Of a DNA stretch of 64,000 bases, positions 33,749-42,856 are shown piece after piece. Source of the DNA: a virus (taxonomy: Duplodnaviria > Caudoviricetes); the IMG/VR virus record IMGVR_UViG_3300023275_000004, positions 61,619-125,618 of that record. One strand, written 5' to 3'. The notes under the pieces were generated by a model. It was not told where the DNA came from, ran no database searches, and saw only the letters and a list, made by a program, of their open reading frames with translations. Each line of letters opens with the position of its first letter. Within the stretch, counting starts at the first letter, position 1. The translations under genes were made by a program, and so were the position numbers.

Positions 33749-34714
33749 TTACCATAGACCGACCAGTAATTCCATAGCTCCAGCAGTAGCGTGCCTCTGT
33801 ATAGCATCATCAACCACTGTTAATACATTCCTACACTTAGTTAACCTAGTCGGATCATAATTCTTGGCAATAGCTCCATATTTATGGACCAAGAATAACT
33901 TAATTCCTGTAGCTTCTGCAAGCTCTCTAGACGTATTGAAGTTTGGAACAGCCTTCCAAAGCGTGTGCAAAACATCTAGTCTGGAGTAAAGCTGTCCAAC
34001 TACTCTGGCATACTCTGATTCTGGAAGAGCATTAAGCTCTAGCAAAGCTGATTTCTTATTGTTAAAAATAAGACAATCAGAAAAAGACTGCTTAGCAAAC
34101 TCCTGTGTCAACTGAGCCGTAACCTGAGGCCCTGGATCTCCCCTAAACATAAGCGACTTTTTACAAACATTCATAACTGTAGGCAGGTCACTACCAGCTC
34201 GCTCGATAAGAAACTTAGCCGTCATGTCGCTGAAGTTAGAATTTCGCTTGACCCAAGCTATTAACTCTTCATCGTTAGGGAGAGAACATTTGACAGTCTT
34301 GCCCTTGCTTCTAATTAACTCAACATGAGCAGCAAGTTCTGGCTTCTTAGTGTCAGGAACATAAGGATAATCTGCATCATTTGATACAAACATCAGATAC
34401 GTACCTACTAGATTTTTGGAATCTACGAACCACCTTGTCAGAGAACCCCACTCAGTTATGAACTCAGCATCTCTAACGAGTATGAACCTATTTGCATCAG
34501 GCTCAAGTGCATACTGATAGGCTGAGTCCCATATAGCTAGTAGAGAATCTGTCTCTCCTGAGAAAGAAAAGTAGTCAAACTCAGAAACATTAAGAAACTT
34601 CCTTGTCTCTGATATCACTTCCTCTACCAAAACTCTCTGATCTCCGCAGAGCCAGGTAACCTTAGCTACCTGGCCCTTATCAATAGAATTTCTCCACTGA
34701 GCATACGATGGCAT
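33749..34714 (-). CDS. DNA polymerase III delta (HolA)-like clamp-loader subunit
   Basis: size about 320 aa; WLCGD..LVEE, RFILVRDAE, L..WVK, AKFLIERAGSDL pattern of HolA. Confidence 0.65.
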   Translation of the reverse strand: MPSYAQWRNSIDKGQVAKVTWLCGDQRVLVEEVISETRKFLNVSEFDYFSFSGETDSLLAIWDSAYQYALEPDANRFILVRDAEFITEWGSLTRWFVDSKNLVGTYLMFVSNDADYPYVPDTKKPELAAHVELIRSKGKTVKCSLPNDEELIAWVKRNSNFSDMTAKFLIERAGSDLPTVMNVCKKSLMFRGDPGPQVTAQLTQEFAKQSFSDCLIFNNKKSALLELNALPESEYARVVGQLYSRLDVLHTLWKAVPNFNTSRELAEATGIKLFLVHKYGAIAKNYDPTRLTKCRNVLTVVDDAIQRHATAGAMELLVGLW

Positions 34715-34715
34715 A

Positions 34716-35045
34716 TCAGCCCCTGCCAGGAACAATCAGCTTAGGATTCTGCGCAACAGCGTTACTTACTCCCTGTGTAAGGGCGTGGGCACGAGCCTGC
34801 GCAAGAACCTTGTCTAGTTGCTCACTCATACGAGTCTCAAAAGCAAACTCGAACTGAATTCTCTGCTCGTCATTAAGAGCAAGGTCTAAATACGTATCCA
34901 GCCTGATAGCTGCGACACTGTTTGTATCAATAGCTGCTCCGAACTGGCCTACTGCCTGAAGCTTCTGCATGTTCCTGTTACGAAGCTTATCAAGGTCTTC
35001 CATAGAGACCTGAGTTAGGTCAACTATCCTCTGTTCGTCACTCAC
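34716..35045 (-). CDS. hypothetical protein
   Basis: 109 aa, ends KLIVPG. Confidence 0.7.
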   Translation of the reverse strand: MSDEQRIVDLTQVSMEDLDKLRNRNMQKLQAVGQFGAAIDTNSVAAIRLDTYLDLALNDEQRIQFEFAFETRMSEQLDKVLAQARAHALTQGVSNAVAQNPKLIVPGRG

Positions 35046-35356
35046 TTATTTCTCCTTGGTGTAGAAATCGCTGAATCAAAAGCCATTCTAGCAGCCATTT
35101 TGCCTCTGGCGCTACCTACACGCCTCCAGGCCATAAGTATGGCTCTTGCGAAGTTTGGGTTGTTATGAAAATGTGGTCCATCTTCTCTACGAAAGATTTC
35201 ATATCTACCCGTTACTACTTCGACAAGAAACTTTTCTAGATAAGCTGATCCTTCATCATCAATGGCCTTAAACGCTTGGTCAAATTTTTCTATGTCTCTA
35301 TCTTCTACTGCGGTAATTACAGATAATGCTGCTGCCTTAGCTGAAAGCTCAGACAC
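35042..35356 (-). CDS. hypothetical protein
   Basis: 104 aa, overlaps both neighbours. Confidence 0.65.
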   Translation of the reverse strand: MSELSAKAAALSVITAVEDRDIEKFDQAFKAIDDEGSAYLEKFLVEVVTGRYEIFRREDGPHFHNNPNFARAILMAWRRVGSARGKMAARMAFDSAISTPRRNK

Positions 35357-35999
35357 TCCCCGACTCCAATGCTTCTGTAATATTCTGTCGTAACCATCCC
35401 AACCAAGAATGAATAGCAGTAGGACTTACTCCAAAGATAATCTGCAATTCCTTGACAGAATATTTTCCATTTCTTCTAACTTGTTCTACAACCGCATCAA
35501 ACAACTTTAGTAGATCACATTGATCTTGCCTACTCTTTCTAGGAACTGTCTTCAAATACTCTCTCAGCTTAACTACTAACTCTTCTTCATACAAGGCAGA
35601 ATAATCGTCCTCATGTGGCTCAATAGCCAGATGTCCTGGTGATCCAAAAGAAGATTCTGAGCCTACTAGAGGACCATCAATAATAAGCGGTTCACGACGC
35701 ATCCTCAAATTCTGTCTGTCTCTGTGACTGCGCACATAGTTCACCACAAAGGCTGACAAGAAGCTCTTGAACCGTGCTCGCACTACCCTTCCCTTAACCT
35801 CGAAAGTTAGCTCAGGATTAAATTCGTTAAGAAAGTCTCTCTCGTAAAATCTAAGCAGGATCTCGCTAGCGACATCTTCTCTATTATCAGGAGCGATACC
35901 CTGCTTTCCTACCAACCCGACAACAAATGAGTAGTAGTTCCTAAAAAGCTCGTCATAACTAGACGGAGCTACTGTGTAATCGATTGCAGTCTTAGCCAC
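35349..35999 (-). CDS. ECF-like sigma factor / sigma-domain protein
   Basis: YDELFRNY...REDVASEILL...FKSFL (region 2) and C-terminal HTH. Confidence 0.6.
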   Translation of the reverse strand: MAKTAIDYTVAPSSYDELFRNYYSFVVGLVGKQGIAPDNREDVASEILLRFYERDFLNEFNPELTFEVKGRVVRARFKSFLSAFVVNYVRSHRDRQNLRMRREPLIIDGPLVGSESSFGSPGHLAIEPHEDDYSALYEEELVVKLREYLKTVPRKSRQDQCDLLKLFDAVVEQVRRNGKYSVKELQIIFGVSPTAIHSWLGWLRQNITEALESGSV

Positions 36000-36140
36000 G
36001 TATCTATCCTTATCTTCTTGAGGTGCTTAGATCAACTCCTCTCTAGAAACAATACTAACAAGAAATTTCTGCCTCTACAAATTTTCAGCACAAACTGGAG
36101 ATCTACCGTAAGTAGATCTCCTGCATATGCCCTATTTAGG

Positions 36141-36305
36141 CTAAATAGAATGGCGAAGTCGCTGTAAAGCCTTAAAATTAATATGAGCTAAATGAAGATT
36201 CCTTTTACGGGTATCTTCTGATTCAGCAGCAAGAGCCTGATTTACATGGTGTAAATATCTCTCGACCTCTATGCTAATCGCTTGCTTGAGTGTCAACCCT
36301 GTCAC
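36141..36305 (-). CDS. small hypothetical protein (54 aa)
   Basis: open frame from GTG, MTGLTLKQAISIEVERY... Confidence 0.4.
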   Translation of the reverse strand: MTGLTLKQAISIEVERYLHHVNQALAAESEDTRKRNLHLAHINFKALQRLRHSI

Positions 36306-36411
36306 CCCTTCAGGTAACTCTGACCCGGTAATACTTCTACTCTAGACCTTCGGGTTACTTTAAGCAAGCTTACAGGTTTCCCCGCGATCACTAAATAAAT
36401 CGGGTTGTTAA

Positions 36412-36816
36412 CTACTCCTCTTCAACCGCTGAGCCATAGCTTTGTAGATAGTTATAAACTTCCTTGAAGTCCCATCCTGCGACACGACAAGTCGTCTTAA
36501 AAAGCTCTTCGCCAACATAAGATAGATCTTCTCGACCAGTTCCGTCACCTACAGCGGCAATGGAAGTTGATAGATCAACCCAATGGGCCATACAAGCTCC
36601 AAAAGCTCCTCTGCCATCTCTCGTTTCAGAAATGAAGGTATTGGAAAATTCGTCTGCTAGCCCCATAGCTGCTGAGCCTTCTAGCATCTTCTCCGCTGCC
36701 ACCGTGTTCAACTTCAGGTAGACTAACGGTCCTCGACACGCATGCTGGCACTCCCTATCTGTTAAAGATAGGTAAAAGTCTAGCGCTGTGATTCCTTGAT
36801 GGCCTGTGCAGATCAT
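36412..36816 (-). CDS. hypothetical protein
   Basis: 134 aa, ATGA overlap. Confidence 0.65.
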   Translation of the reverse strand: MICTGHQGITALDFYLSLTDRECQHACRGPLVYLKLNTVAAEKMLEGSAAMGLADEFSNTFISETRDGRGAFGACMAHWVDLSTSIAAVGDGTGREDLSYVGEELFKTTCRVAGWDFKEVYNYLQSYGSAVEEE

Positions 36817-37385
36817 ACCGTCACCCTCTGGTCTAAAAATTTCTTCATGGCTAATTTACAAGTTGTTAGCCATGCCTCTGCTTCCTCTCCCGTATGCACT
36901 TGATCCAAAAGGCTCAAACACCTGTCTAAGTAGCTTCCTACGTCAGGCTCAAATTGCGTCTTCTGCCAGTCAGGATCAATCCTAAGACAGTAAGTCTTCA
37001 GAGCCATGGACAGCATAGAGGTGTCGGGCTCTGGCTCCTTAGGTTGGACACCAGCCCACATCTCGGCGGCAGTCAGTGGCTTGTAGCCAACCCTGTCGAG
37101 AAGTTCCTTAGCAGCCTGCTTTTTGGAGATGTCAAAAGCGTCAGATATTAAGGTAGTGGGAGAAAAGAACTTTTTGCAGGAAAAACAGTAAGCTGAATTT
37201 GATTCGGGATAAATTCTGAAGGCTGGCTCTTTTCCTCCGTCAGAATGAAAGAAGCGGCCAAACGGACAGTAAGTTTTCATCGAACCGCCCGTTAAGCCGT
37301 CTTCAACTTCAATGCCAGCCAAACGACAAGCCATGACGATTGATACACGCTCATTAGCTTCTACGATCAGTGACTTATTCTTCAT
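36813..37385 (-). CDS. primase-type CHC2 zinc-binding domain protein (no TOPRIM domain)
   Basis: CPF...H.D...PAF.IY......YCFSC. Confidence 0.75.
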   Translation of the reverse strand: MKNKSLIVEANERVSIVMACRLAGIEVEDGLTGGSMKTYCPFGRFFHSDGGKEPAFRIYPESNSAYCFSCKKFFSPTTLISDAFDISKKQAAKELLDRVGYKPLTAAEMWAGVQPKEPEPDTSMLSMALKTYCLRIDPDWQKTQFEPDVGSYLDRCLSLLDQVHTGEEAEAWLTTCKLAMKKFLDQRVTV

Positions 37386-37402
37386 GAATCTATCCTAGCA
37401 GA

Positions 37403-37603
37403 TCAATGAACGTCTGCACCAGTCTTAGCTAGCAGACTATCAAAGTCTGTAATAATAACTTCCCAACCTTCAGCTAGGAGCCTAATCGAATACTTCTGGT
37501 AGTGATGATAGCAAAACATCAATCGCAAGTCACCCTTACCTACAAGTGCCCTAGCCTGAGCGGGGCAGCAATCTCCTCGGTCGGCAACTGTAAGACTATC
37601 CAT
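37403..37603 (-). CDS. small Zn-binding actinobacterial-type protein
   Basis: LTVADRGDCCPAQA...LMFCYHH. Confidence 0.7.
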   Translation of the reverse strand: MDSLTVADRGDCCPAQARALVGKGDLRLMFCYHHYQKYSIRLLAEGWEVIITDFDSLLAKTGADVH

Positions 37604-37652
37604 CGTACTCTCCTAACTGTTGTAACTACTATCTAAATGATCGGTTTTGAGT

Positions 37653-37719
37653 AAAGAAGAACGCTCTGTTCAACCCTAACATAGAAGATTACCTTCCGCT
37701 AGGGGGAACAGAGCGTTCT
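37653..37719 (-). terminator. long hairpin after dnaB, terminator-like
   Basis: 14-bp perfect stem AGAACGCTCTGTTC/GAACAGAGCGTTCT followed by TCTTT. Confidence 0.55.
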
Positions 37720-37727
37720 ACGTCACA

Positions 37728-39182
37728 TCAAATGAGTGAGAAGTTTGTATCTAGATTGCTCATGTTAACACTAGCTACCACCGAAGTAAAGTAGCTGGTT
37801 GCGTAGTCAACATGAATCTGAAGATCCATATCCTTTTCACCATCACGGTTTTTTAGAATCTGACTCTTCAAGTTTACCTCACGATCATCATTTACCCTTG
37901 GCTCAAGGATAGAAATAATCACGTCAGGACTATTGGTAGCTTCAGCAGTGTCCGCTAGCGCAGCAGTAGTGTAATAACCCACCTCACTAGCCTTCTCCCA
38001 CCAAGTACGGTTAACCTGCCACGGACTAATAAGAGGCACCCCTTGACCATCGTTAAAGGTCGTAGAAAGATGCTTAGCGCCCTTAAGAATAGAGCTAAGT
38101 TCTTCCCTATCCTGCTGACGCTTACGCTCTGCTCTTAGAAGACCAAAGTAGTCAACTACTGCCAGGTCAATATTAAACTCTCGCTGAGCTGCGTACATAC
38201 GTGACTCTACAAAGTCCAAGCCAGCACCCTTAGGTACCTGAACCACATGAATCTTTCCGTAGCCAGGATTAGTAGTGAAATCTCTTACTACATCCTGAAA
38301 AATTTCTTCTTCTTCAATAGTGAACGTAGCATCTCGCGCATCTCTGGAGTTAAGCCCTTGTGGGCAGCACTCAGCAAATAATTCATGACGGGAGTGGCGG
38401 CAATATAGCTTTCGCCTAACTACCGGCCTGATAGTTTCAGAAGTGGCAATGAAAACATTCTTACCCTGCATAACAGCTGCATGCCAAGGAAGCTGAATAG
38501 TTGCAAGACTCGTCTTTCCAGACGAAGACCCACCAACTACCAAAGCCAGCTCTCCTCTATTTAGCCCGCCACCAAGCTTTGCATCGAGACTTGGGATACC
38601 AAACTTGATGCCGCCAACAGACTTATTTTCTTTGCGCTCCAGATACTCACGCAAAATTTCATCTTGTTCAGTCCTAACATCACCCTCTGGGGAAGCTTGC
38701 TTATGAAGTTCCTTGTCAATTTCTGACAGCCTAGCCATCAGATGAGCGCGAGCATCGTCATGACCTATAAGCTCATTACCCTTATCGTCAGTGGCCCCTC
38801 TAGTGAGGATTTCCATAGATTGAGTTAAAGCCTGCTGAGTTTCCCGCTCTGCCTTCAGTTCCTTAAGCTGCTCCATGCTCCACTTAAAGTCTGCCTCATC
38901 TGTATGAGTGTCATTAAGTAACTGTAGAGCCTCAGTGTAATAAGCAACCTTGCCAGCATCCGCCTTAGACTTAGCCAGAAGATCCTTCAACGCTATTGGA
39001 GATAACACTGAGCCTGTAATACGAAAGTACTTCTCAGCCATCGTAAAGAGATTGCTTTGAAGTGAATCCGTGAAGTGCTCAGGAGTCAAGTGAAGCATTG
39101 CCTTGTCAAGCAAATCTCTACGGTCTGGAATGATTGCCGAGAGTACGATGTTGCCATGTTCTACCGCAGAAGTGGATGACAA
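37728..39182 (-). CDS. dnaB: DnaB-like replicative helicase
   Basis: GGSSSGKT, VVDYFGLL, Q.NR, KNRDG. Confidence 0.92.
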   Translation of the reverse strand: MSSTSAVEHGNIVLSAIIPDRRDLLDKAMLHLTPEHFTDSLQSNLFTMAEKYFRITGSVLSPIALKDLLAKSKADAGKVAYYTEALQLLNDTHTDEADFKWSMEQLKELKAERETQQALTQSMEILTRGATDDKGNELIGHDDARAHLMARLSEIDKELHKQASPEGDVRTEQDEILREYLERKENKSVGGIKFGIPSLDAKLGGGLNRGELALVVGGSSSGKTSLATIQLPWHAAVMQGKNVFIATSETIRPVVRRKLYCRHSRHELFAECCPQGLNSRDARDATFTIEEEEIFQDVVRDFTTNPGYGKIHVVQVPKGAGLDFVESRMYAAQREFNIDLAVVDYFGLLRAERKRQQDREELSSILKGAKHLSTTFNDGQGVPLISPWQVNRTWWEKASEVGYYTTAALADTAEATNSPDVIISILEPRVNDDREVNLKSQILKNRDGEKDMDLQIHVDYATSYFTSVVASVNMSNLDTNFSLI

Positions 39183-39196
39183 TTCAATTCCTCCAA

Positions 39197-39523
39197 TTAG
39201 TCGCTAATCTTCTTCTCAGTTGTGAAAGTGTAATACTTTTTCCATGCGTCTATGACTGTACCATGCTCAATCTTAGCTGTACGAAGGTAAATTCTCCATT
39301 CAGAACCTTCTTGGAACTGAGTTCTGACTTCAAGAACTATACCTTCATTAGCAATGATATCGCCCTCTTTTAGCTCAAAGGCGCTAACCCAAAACCAATC
39401 CTTCTTGGCTCTAGTTCCGCCACCAATTTCAATCCTTGGTCTGCTGAACGGCGTTGGCATCTTCTTAGAAGGTCTACCCTTTGGGGGAGTATACGCTTCT
39501 CCAGTTTGAAACGGATTAGACAT
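39197..39523 (-). CDS. hypothetical protein
   Basis: 108 aa, TGATG overlap. Confidence 0.7.
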   Translation of the reverse strand: MSNPFQTGEAYTPPKGRPSKKMPTPFSRPRIEIGGGTRAKKDWFWVSAFELKEGDIIANEGIVLEVRTQFQEGSEWRIYLRTAKIEHGTVIDAWKKYYTFTTEKKISD

Positions 39524-39951
39524 CAGTTAACTCCTGTAGATCCGTGCCCACCAGTTCCACGCTCAGTGGAAACTAGGGTCTCTGCTTTCACGAATTTAGC
39601 TCTAATAACCTCTTGAATTACTAACTGTGCAATTCTATCGCCAGCCAAAACTGTAAAAGACTCTTCTCCATGGTTGATCAAGTTGATTTTAACTTCTCCC
39701 CGGTACCCAGAGTCTATAGTTCCAGGAGCATTCAACACAGTAATACCACTCTTAGCAGCTAACCCTGATCTAGGATGAATTAGACCCACAAAACCCACAG
39801 GAATTGCTAAAGCAATTCCCGTTCCAATTAATTTACGCTCACCTGGAAAGATAATTACATTTTCCACAGAATACAAATCAGCTCCAGCATCACCAAAGTG
39901 AGCGTAACTAGGTAGCTTAGCCTCACTGGTAAGTAACTCAACCTCAACCAT
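39523..39951 (-). CDS. dut: dUTPase
   Basis: AGADL, PRSGLA, GTIDSGYRGE, DRIAQ, RGTGGHGSTG. Confidence 0.97.
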   Translation of the reverse strand: MVEVELLTSEAKLPSYAHFGDAGADLYSVENVIIFPGERKLIGTGIALAIPVGFVGLIHPRSGLAAKSGITVLNAPGTIDSGYRGEVKINLINHGEESFTVLAGDRIAQLVIQEVIRAKFVKAETLVSTERGTGGHGSTGVN

Positions 39952-40645
39952 CTACTTGCTCCTTAGCGATTACAACCATTGCTTCCCGAATAGCTAGCAC
40001 TGCCTTAGTATGCAAATGAGAAGCACGAGCATCCGTGATATTCAGCTCGGCTGCGATCACCTTTAACTCTTTTTTCTCAAAATAATGCATAGCTAAGACT
40101 AATTGATACTCAAACGGAAGCTCTCTTATAGCTTCAACTGTAGCAGCCCGTACGTCTTGCTCAAAGATCGTACCCTCAAGAGACTGATCATCTTCGCAAT
40201 CGATGCTGGCAGCCTGCAAACTTACCGGCTTAGCTGCCATACGAGCCATAGTCTTAGTGACCTCCTGCTCAGACATTCCTGTACGCTCTGCCATCTCAGA
40301 AACCGAAGCTCCATTATCCTGGCCAGCATCCTTTAGCTGACGAGACTTACCTCTCATAGTACGAGTAGTCCAGTCATTCTGCCTAATAGCATCAAAAATA
40401 GCGCCTCTAATCCTATTAGAGGCGTAGACCTTAAAATAGTTATAAGCTTTAGAGTCATAGCCATTTTTGTCACAATAGGGACGCCAACGAGCTGCGGCCT
40501 GAGTAAGCCCAAGGTAGGCTAAAGATCGCAGCTCGTCAATTTCTAAAGCATGAGGAGCTGTCTTCCACACATTAACAGAGATGGCTTCAGCCATCCCAAT
40601 ATTGTCTTGGATGAGGGTGACTAGCTCTTTATCCATTGTTTCCAT
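39944..40645 (-). CDS. FliA/WhiG (sigma28)-family RNA polymerase sigma factor
   Basis: YASNRIRGAIFDAIRQNDW..R..R (region 2.3-2.4), region 4 LKVIAAELNITDARASHLHTKA. Confidence 0.85.
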   Translation of the reverse strand: METMDKELVTLIQDNIGMAEAISVNVWKTAPHALEIDELRSLAYLGLTQAAARWRPYCDKNGYDSKAYNYFKVYASNRIRGAIFDAIRQNDWTTRTMRGKSRQLKDAGQDNGASVSEMAERTGMSEQEVTKTMARMAAKPVSLQAASIDCEDDQSLEGTIFEQDVRAATVEAIRELPFEYQLVLAMHYFEKKELKVIAAELNITDARASHLHTKAVLAIREAMVVIAKEQVDG

Positions 40646-42276
40646 TAGTAACTTACACTCCTAGTGTTGCCGATTAGCTGAAGCAACGCCAGTGGTGAAA
40701 GCTGCTCGAACAGCTCACTCCTACCATCCCATACATGGTCGATAAGAGCTTGCTCTCTTTCCAAAGCAGGAAGGTATCCTTCCTCCTGTGTTCCTGACGT
40801 TAGCAAATTATGAACATATACAGTCTTGTAAGAAGATCCATCACGACGGATACGACCGGCAAGCTGTTCCATGCGGGCTGGATTGAGGATCATGTCTACA
40901 TTCACAAGATGCCTCGCAATCTGTAGATTAAGAGACTGCTCGATAGCAGTTGTTCCGATTAGAACTTTTTTATTCGGATTTCTCCAGAACCTATCCTGAG
41001 CCTCAAACCTAGCCTGCTTATTTGAAACTTCTCCCCAGATAGTCTCGTACTGTACTCCTTGACGATCCAGTCTCTCCTGTAAGGCTCTAATAGTGTTCTT
41101 GAAATTAATAAACACTACGACTTTCTCGTCAGAAAGATCTCCTTCTACCAGCTTATCTTCAAGCCAGTCTAGTTTAACGCTAGTACCAGGAAGATCAGCC
41201 TCTCCCAAAGCGCACAAGCCCGTGCAAATTTGTGCTCCGTAGAGGAACTTAGCAATAGCTGTTGCTCTCTTAACCTTCTCTCCCTCTTCAGAGACAATTC
41301 TTAAAACTCCGCTCCTCAATTCACGGTACTTAACCATCTGGGCTTCGTACGGATCTAGAAAAATATTTGATGGCTGAATAGCTGGAAGTTCTACGTCATC
41401 AATATCATCAGCCGTTCTACGAAGAACTAACGGAGCAATTCTTTCCTTGAATTCGTCAAGGTACTGGTAGCCTTTGACCTTCTTAGACCTACTAATTTTG
41501 CCATTATCCGAGATCATGTCTACAGCTTCTTCTCGGATGTACCTACGACGAAAAACATTCCTAGACCCAAGAACTTCTCGCCCACCTACTGGCTCCAAGT
41601 AGCTGTGCATGTCATCCAACTTCTTCTGAAGTGGAGTACCTGACATCACAACTGCACGGTTAGCATTACGAGCGATGCGCTTAATAGCTACAGCAGTCTG
41701 ATTCTCAAAATTTCTCAGTGCATCAACGTCATCAACAATAATTGTCTGAATGTTGAAGTGGGTATCCAACTTATCAATATCACGAACAAGCATCTGGTAC
41801 CCCATAAGCATAACTTCCCATGGAGCCAAGTAACGCTCGGTTCTCTTCTGCTTAGGACCAGCCGCGACTGTAATATTGATGCCAGAGAGGAATCTGTTTA
41901 ACTGAGAATACCATTGAGGTACCGCACCTGGACGACAAACTACTAAGCACCTAGAGTCCTCTAGCTCTCCAGATTCTTTCAGCGCTGCTATAAGACCAGC
42001 AGCCTGAACAGTCTTACCTGTACCAACAGAGTCACCGATTAGGCCCTTTTTAGCTAAATAAAGCCAACCAATACCTACCCTCTGGTGCTTACGCGGCTTG
42101 ACTCCACAGTTCAAACAAGTAATGACAAGCTCATCATGCTTGTCACAGGGATCGTAGTTGAAATATTCAAGACGAGGAAGATTGAAATCCTTAGAATTTT
42201 TCAACTTCCATGCGGCAGCTTCACGCTTTTCGTCTGTAATTGTATTCAGATCTAACAGCAACTTACCCTCCCTCAA
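40645..42276 (-). CDS. SNF2-family helicase
   Basis: DSVGTGKT, SGTPLQ, LRRT, KVVVF, SLNLQ, Q..GRI.R.G. Confidence 0.88.
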   Translation of the reverse strand: MREGKLLLDLNTITDEKREAAAWKLKNSKDFNLPRLEYFNYDPCDKHDELVITCLNCGVKPRKHQRVGIGWLYLAKKGLIGDSVGTGKTVQAAGLIAALKESGELEDSRCLVVCRPGAVPQWYSQLNRFLSGINITVAAGPKQKRTERYLAPWEVMLMGYQMLVRDIDKLDTHFNIQTIIVDDVDALRNFENQTAVAIKRIARNANRAVVMSGTPLQKKLDDMHSYLEPVGGREVLGSRNVFRRRYIREEAVDMISDNGKISRSKKVKGYQYLDEFKERIAPLVLRRTADDIDDVELPAIQPSNIFLDPYEAQMVKYRELRSGVLRIVSEEGEKVKRATAIAKFLYGAQICTGLCALGEADLPGTSVKLDWLEDKLVEGDLSDEKVVVFINFKNTIRALQERLDRQGVQYETIWGEVSNKQARFEAQDRFWRNPNKKVLIGTTAIEQSLNLQIARHLVNVDMILNPARMEQLAGRIRRDGSSYKTVYVHNLLTSGTQEEGYLPALEREQALIDHVWDGRSELFEQLSPLALLQLIGNTRSVSY

Positions 42277-42291
42277 TGTGTGCGCCTAATA

Positions 42292-42552
42292 CTACGCAAG
42301 GGAAGGGTCTAGCCCTAACGAGAAGGAGACTTCAGCTTCTTCTTCTGCCTTGCGAGCTTCCAAGCGTGTACGCCAAACGCGACGCTTAGACTCGATTGTA
42401 GCAGCCGCACGTGCCATATCAATAGAGTACGCTGTGTCACGACTAAACGCTACCAACGCCTCACTGACTAGATCAGTATAGGCTACCAAATCAACTGCTG
42501 CAAGAACATCTCCCCGACGACTGGATCGTCTCCCTCTCGTTTTGGCTTCCAT
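42292..42552 (-). CDS. hypothetical protein
   Basis: 86-aa ORF. Confidence 0.55.
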   Translation of the reverse strand: MEAKTRGRRSSRRGDVLAAVDLVAYTDLVSEALVAFSRDTAYSIDMARAAATIESKRRVWRTRLEARKAEEEAEVSFSLGLDPSLA

Positions 42553-42556
42553 GCTT

Positions 42557-42820
42557 TCAGACCACCGGCTTCTTAACGGTAGCTGCTAGCCATGGTGCGT
42601 ACTTCTGGAGGAACGCCTCTACCTTAGGATCAGCCATAAGCCTAGTAACTACAGCCAAAACTGCAATAACCTGAGCGGCCTTACCTTCAGCATTTACATG
42701 AAAATTGCTAAGGATGTACGGAAGCAAAGTAGCTAGGGCAATAGATCCCTGAACTACTGTACGGAACGTTGCACGCCAAGGACGCTTAACCTGTGTTGGC
42801 GTATTTGTTAGCTCGGGCAT
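42557..42820 (-). CDS. holin (putative)
   Basis: 2 TM, PWRAT.RT..Q and TRLMA.P.V..FL...PWL motifs; end of tail operon. Confidence 0.7.
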   Translation of the reverse strand: MPELTNTPTQVKRPWRATFRTVVQGSIALATLLPYILSNFHVNAEGKAAQVIAVLAVVTRLMADPKVEAFLQKYAPWLAATVKKPVV

Positions 42821-42856
42821 TATACCCTACCTTTCTCTCTTTATTTAATACCAAAC

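Noticed and set aside
20076-39182. Introns or inteins in nrdA, nrdB, recA, polA, dnaB
   Set aside because: All are uninterrupted ORFs of ordinary length with no splicing motifs seen
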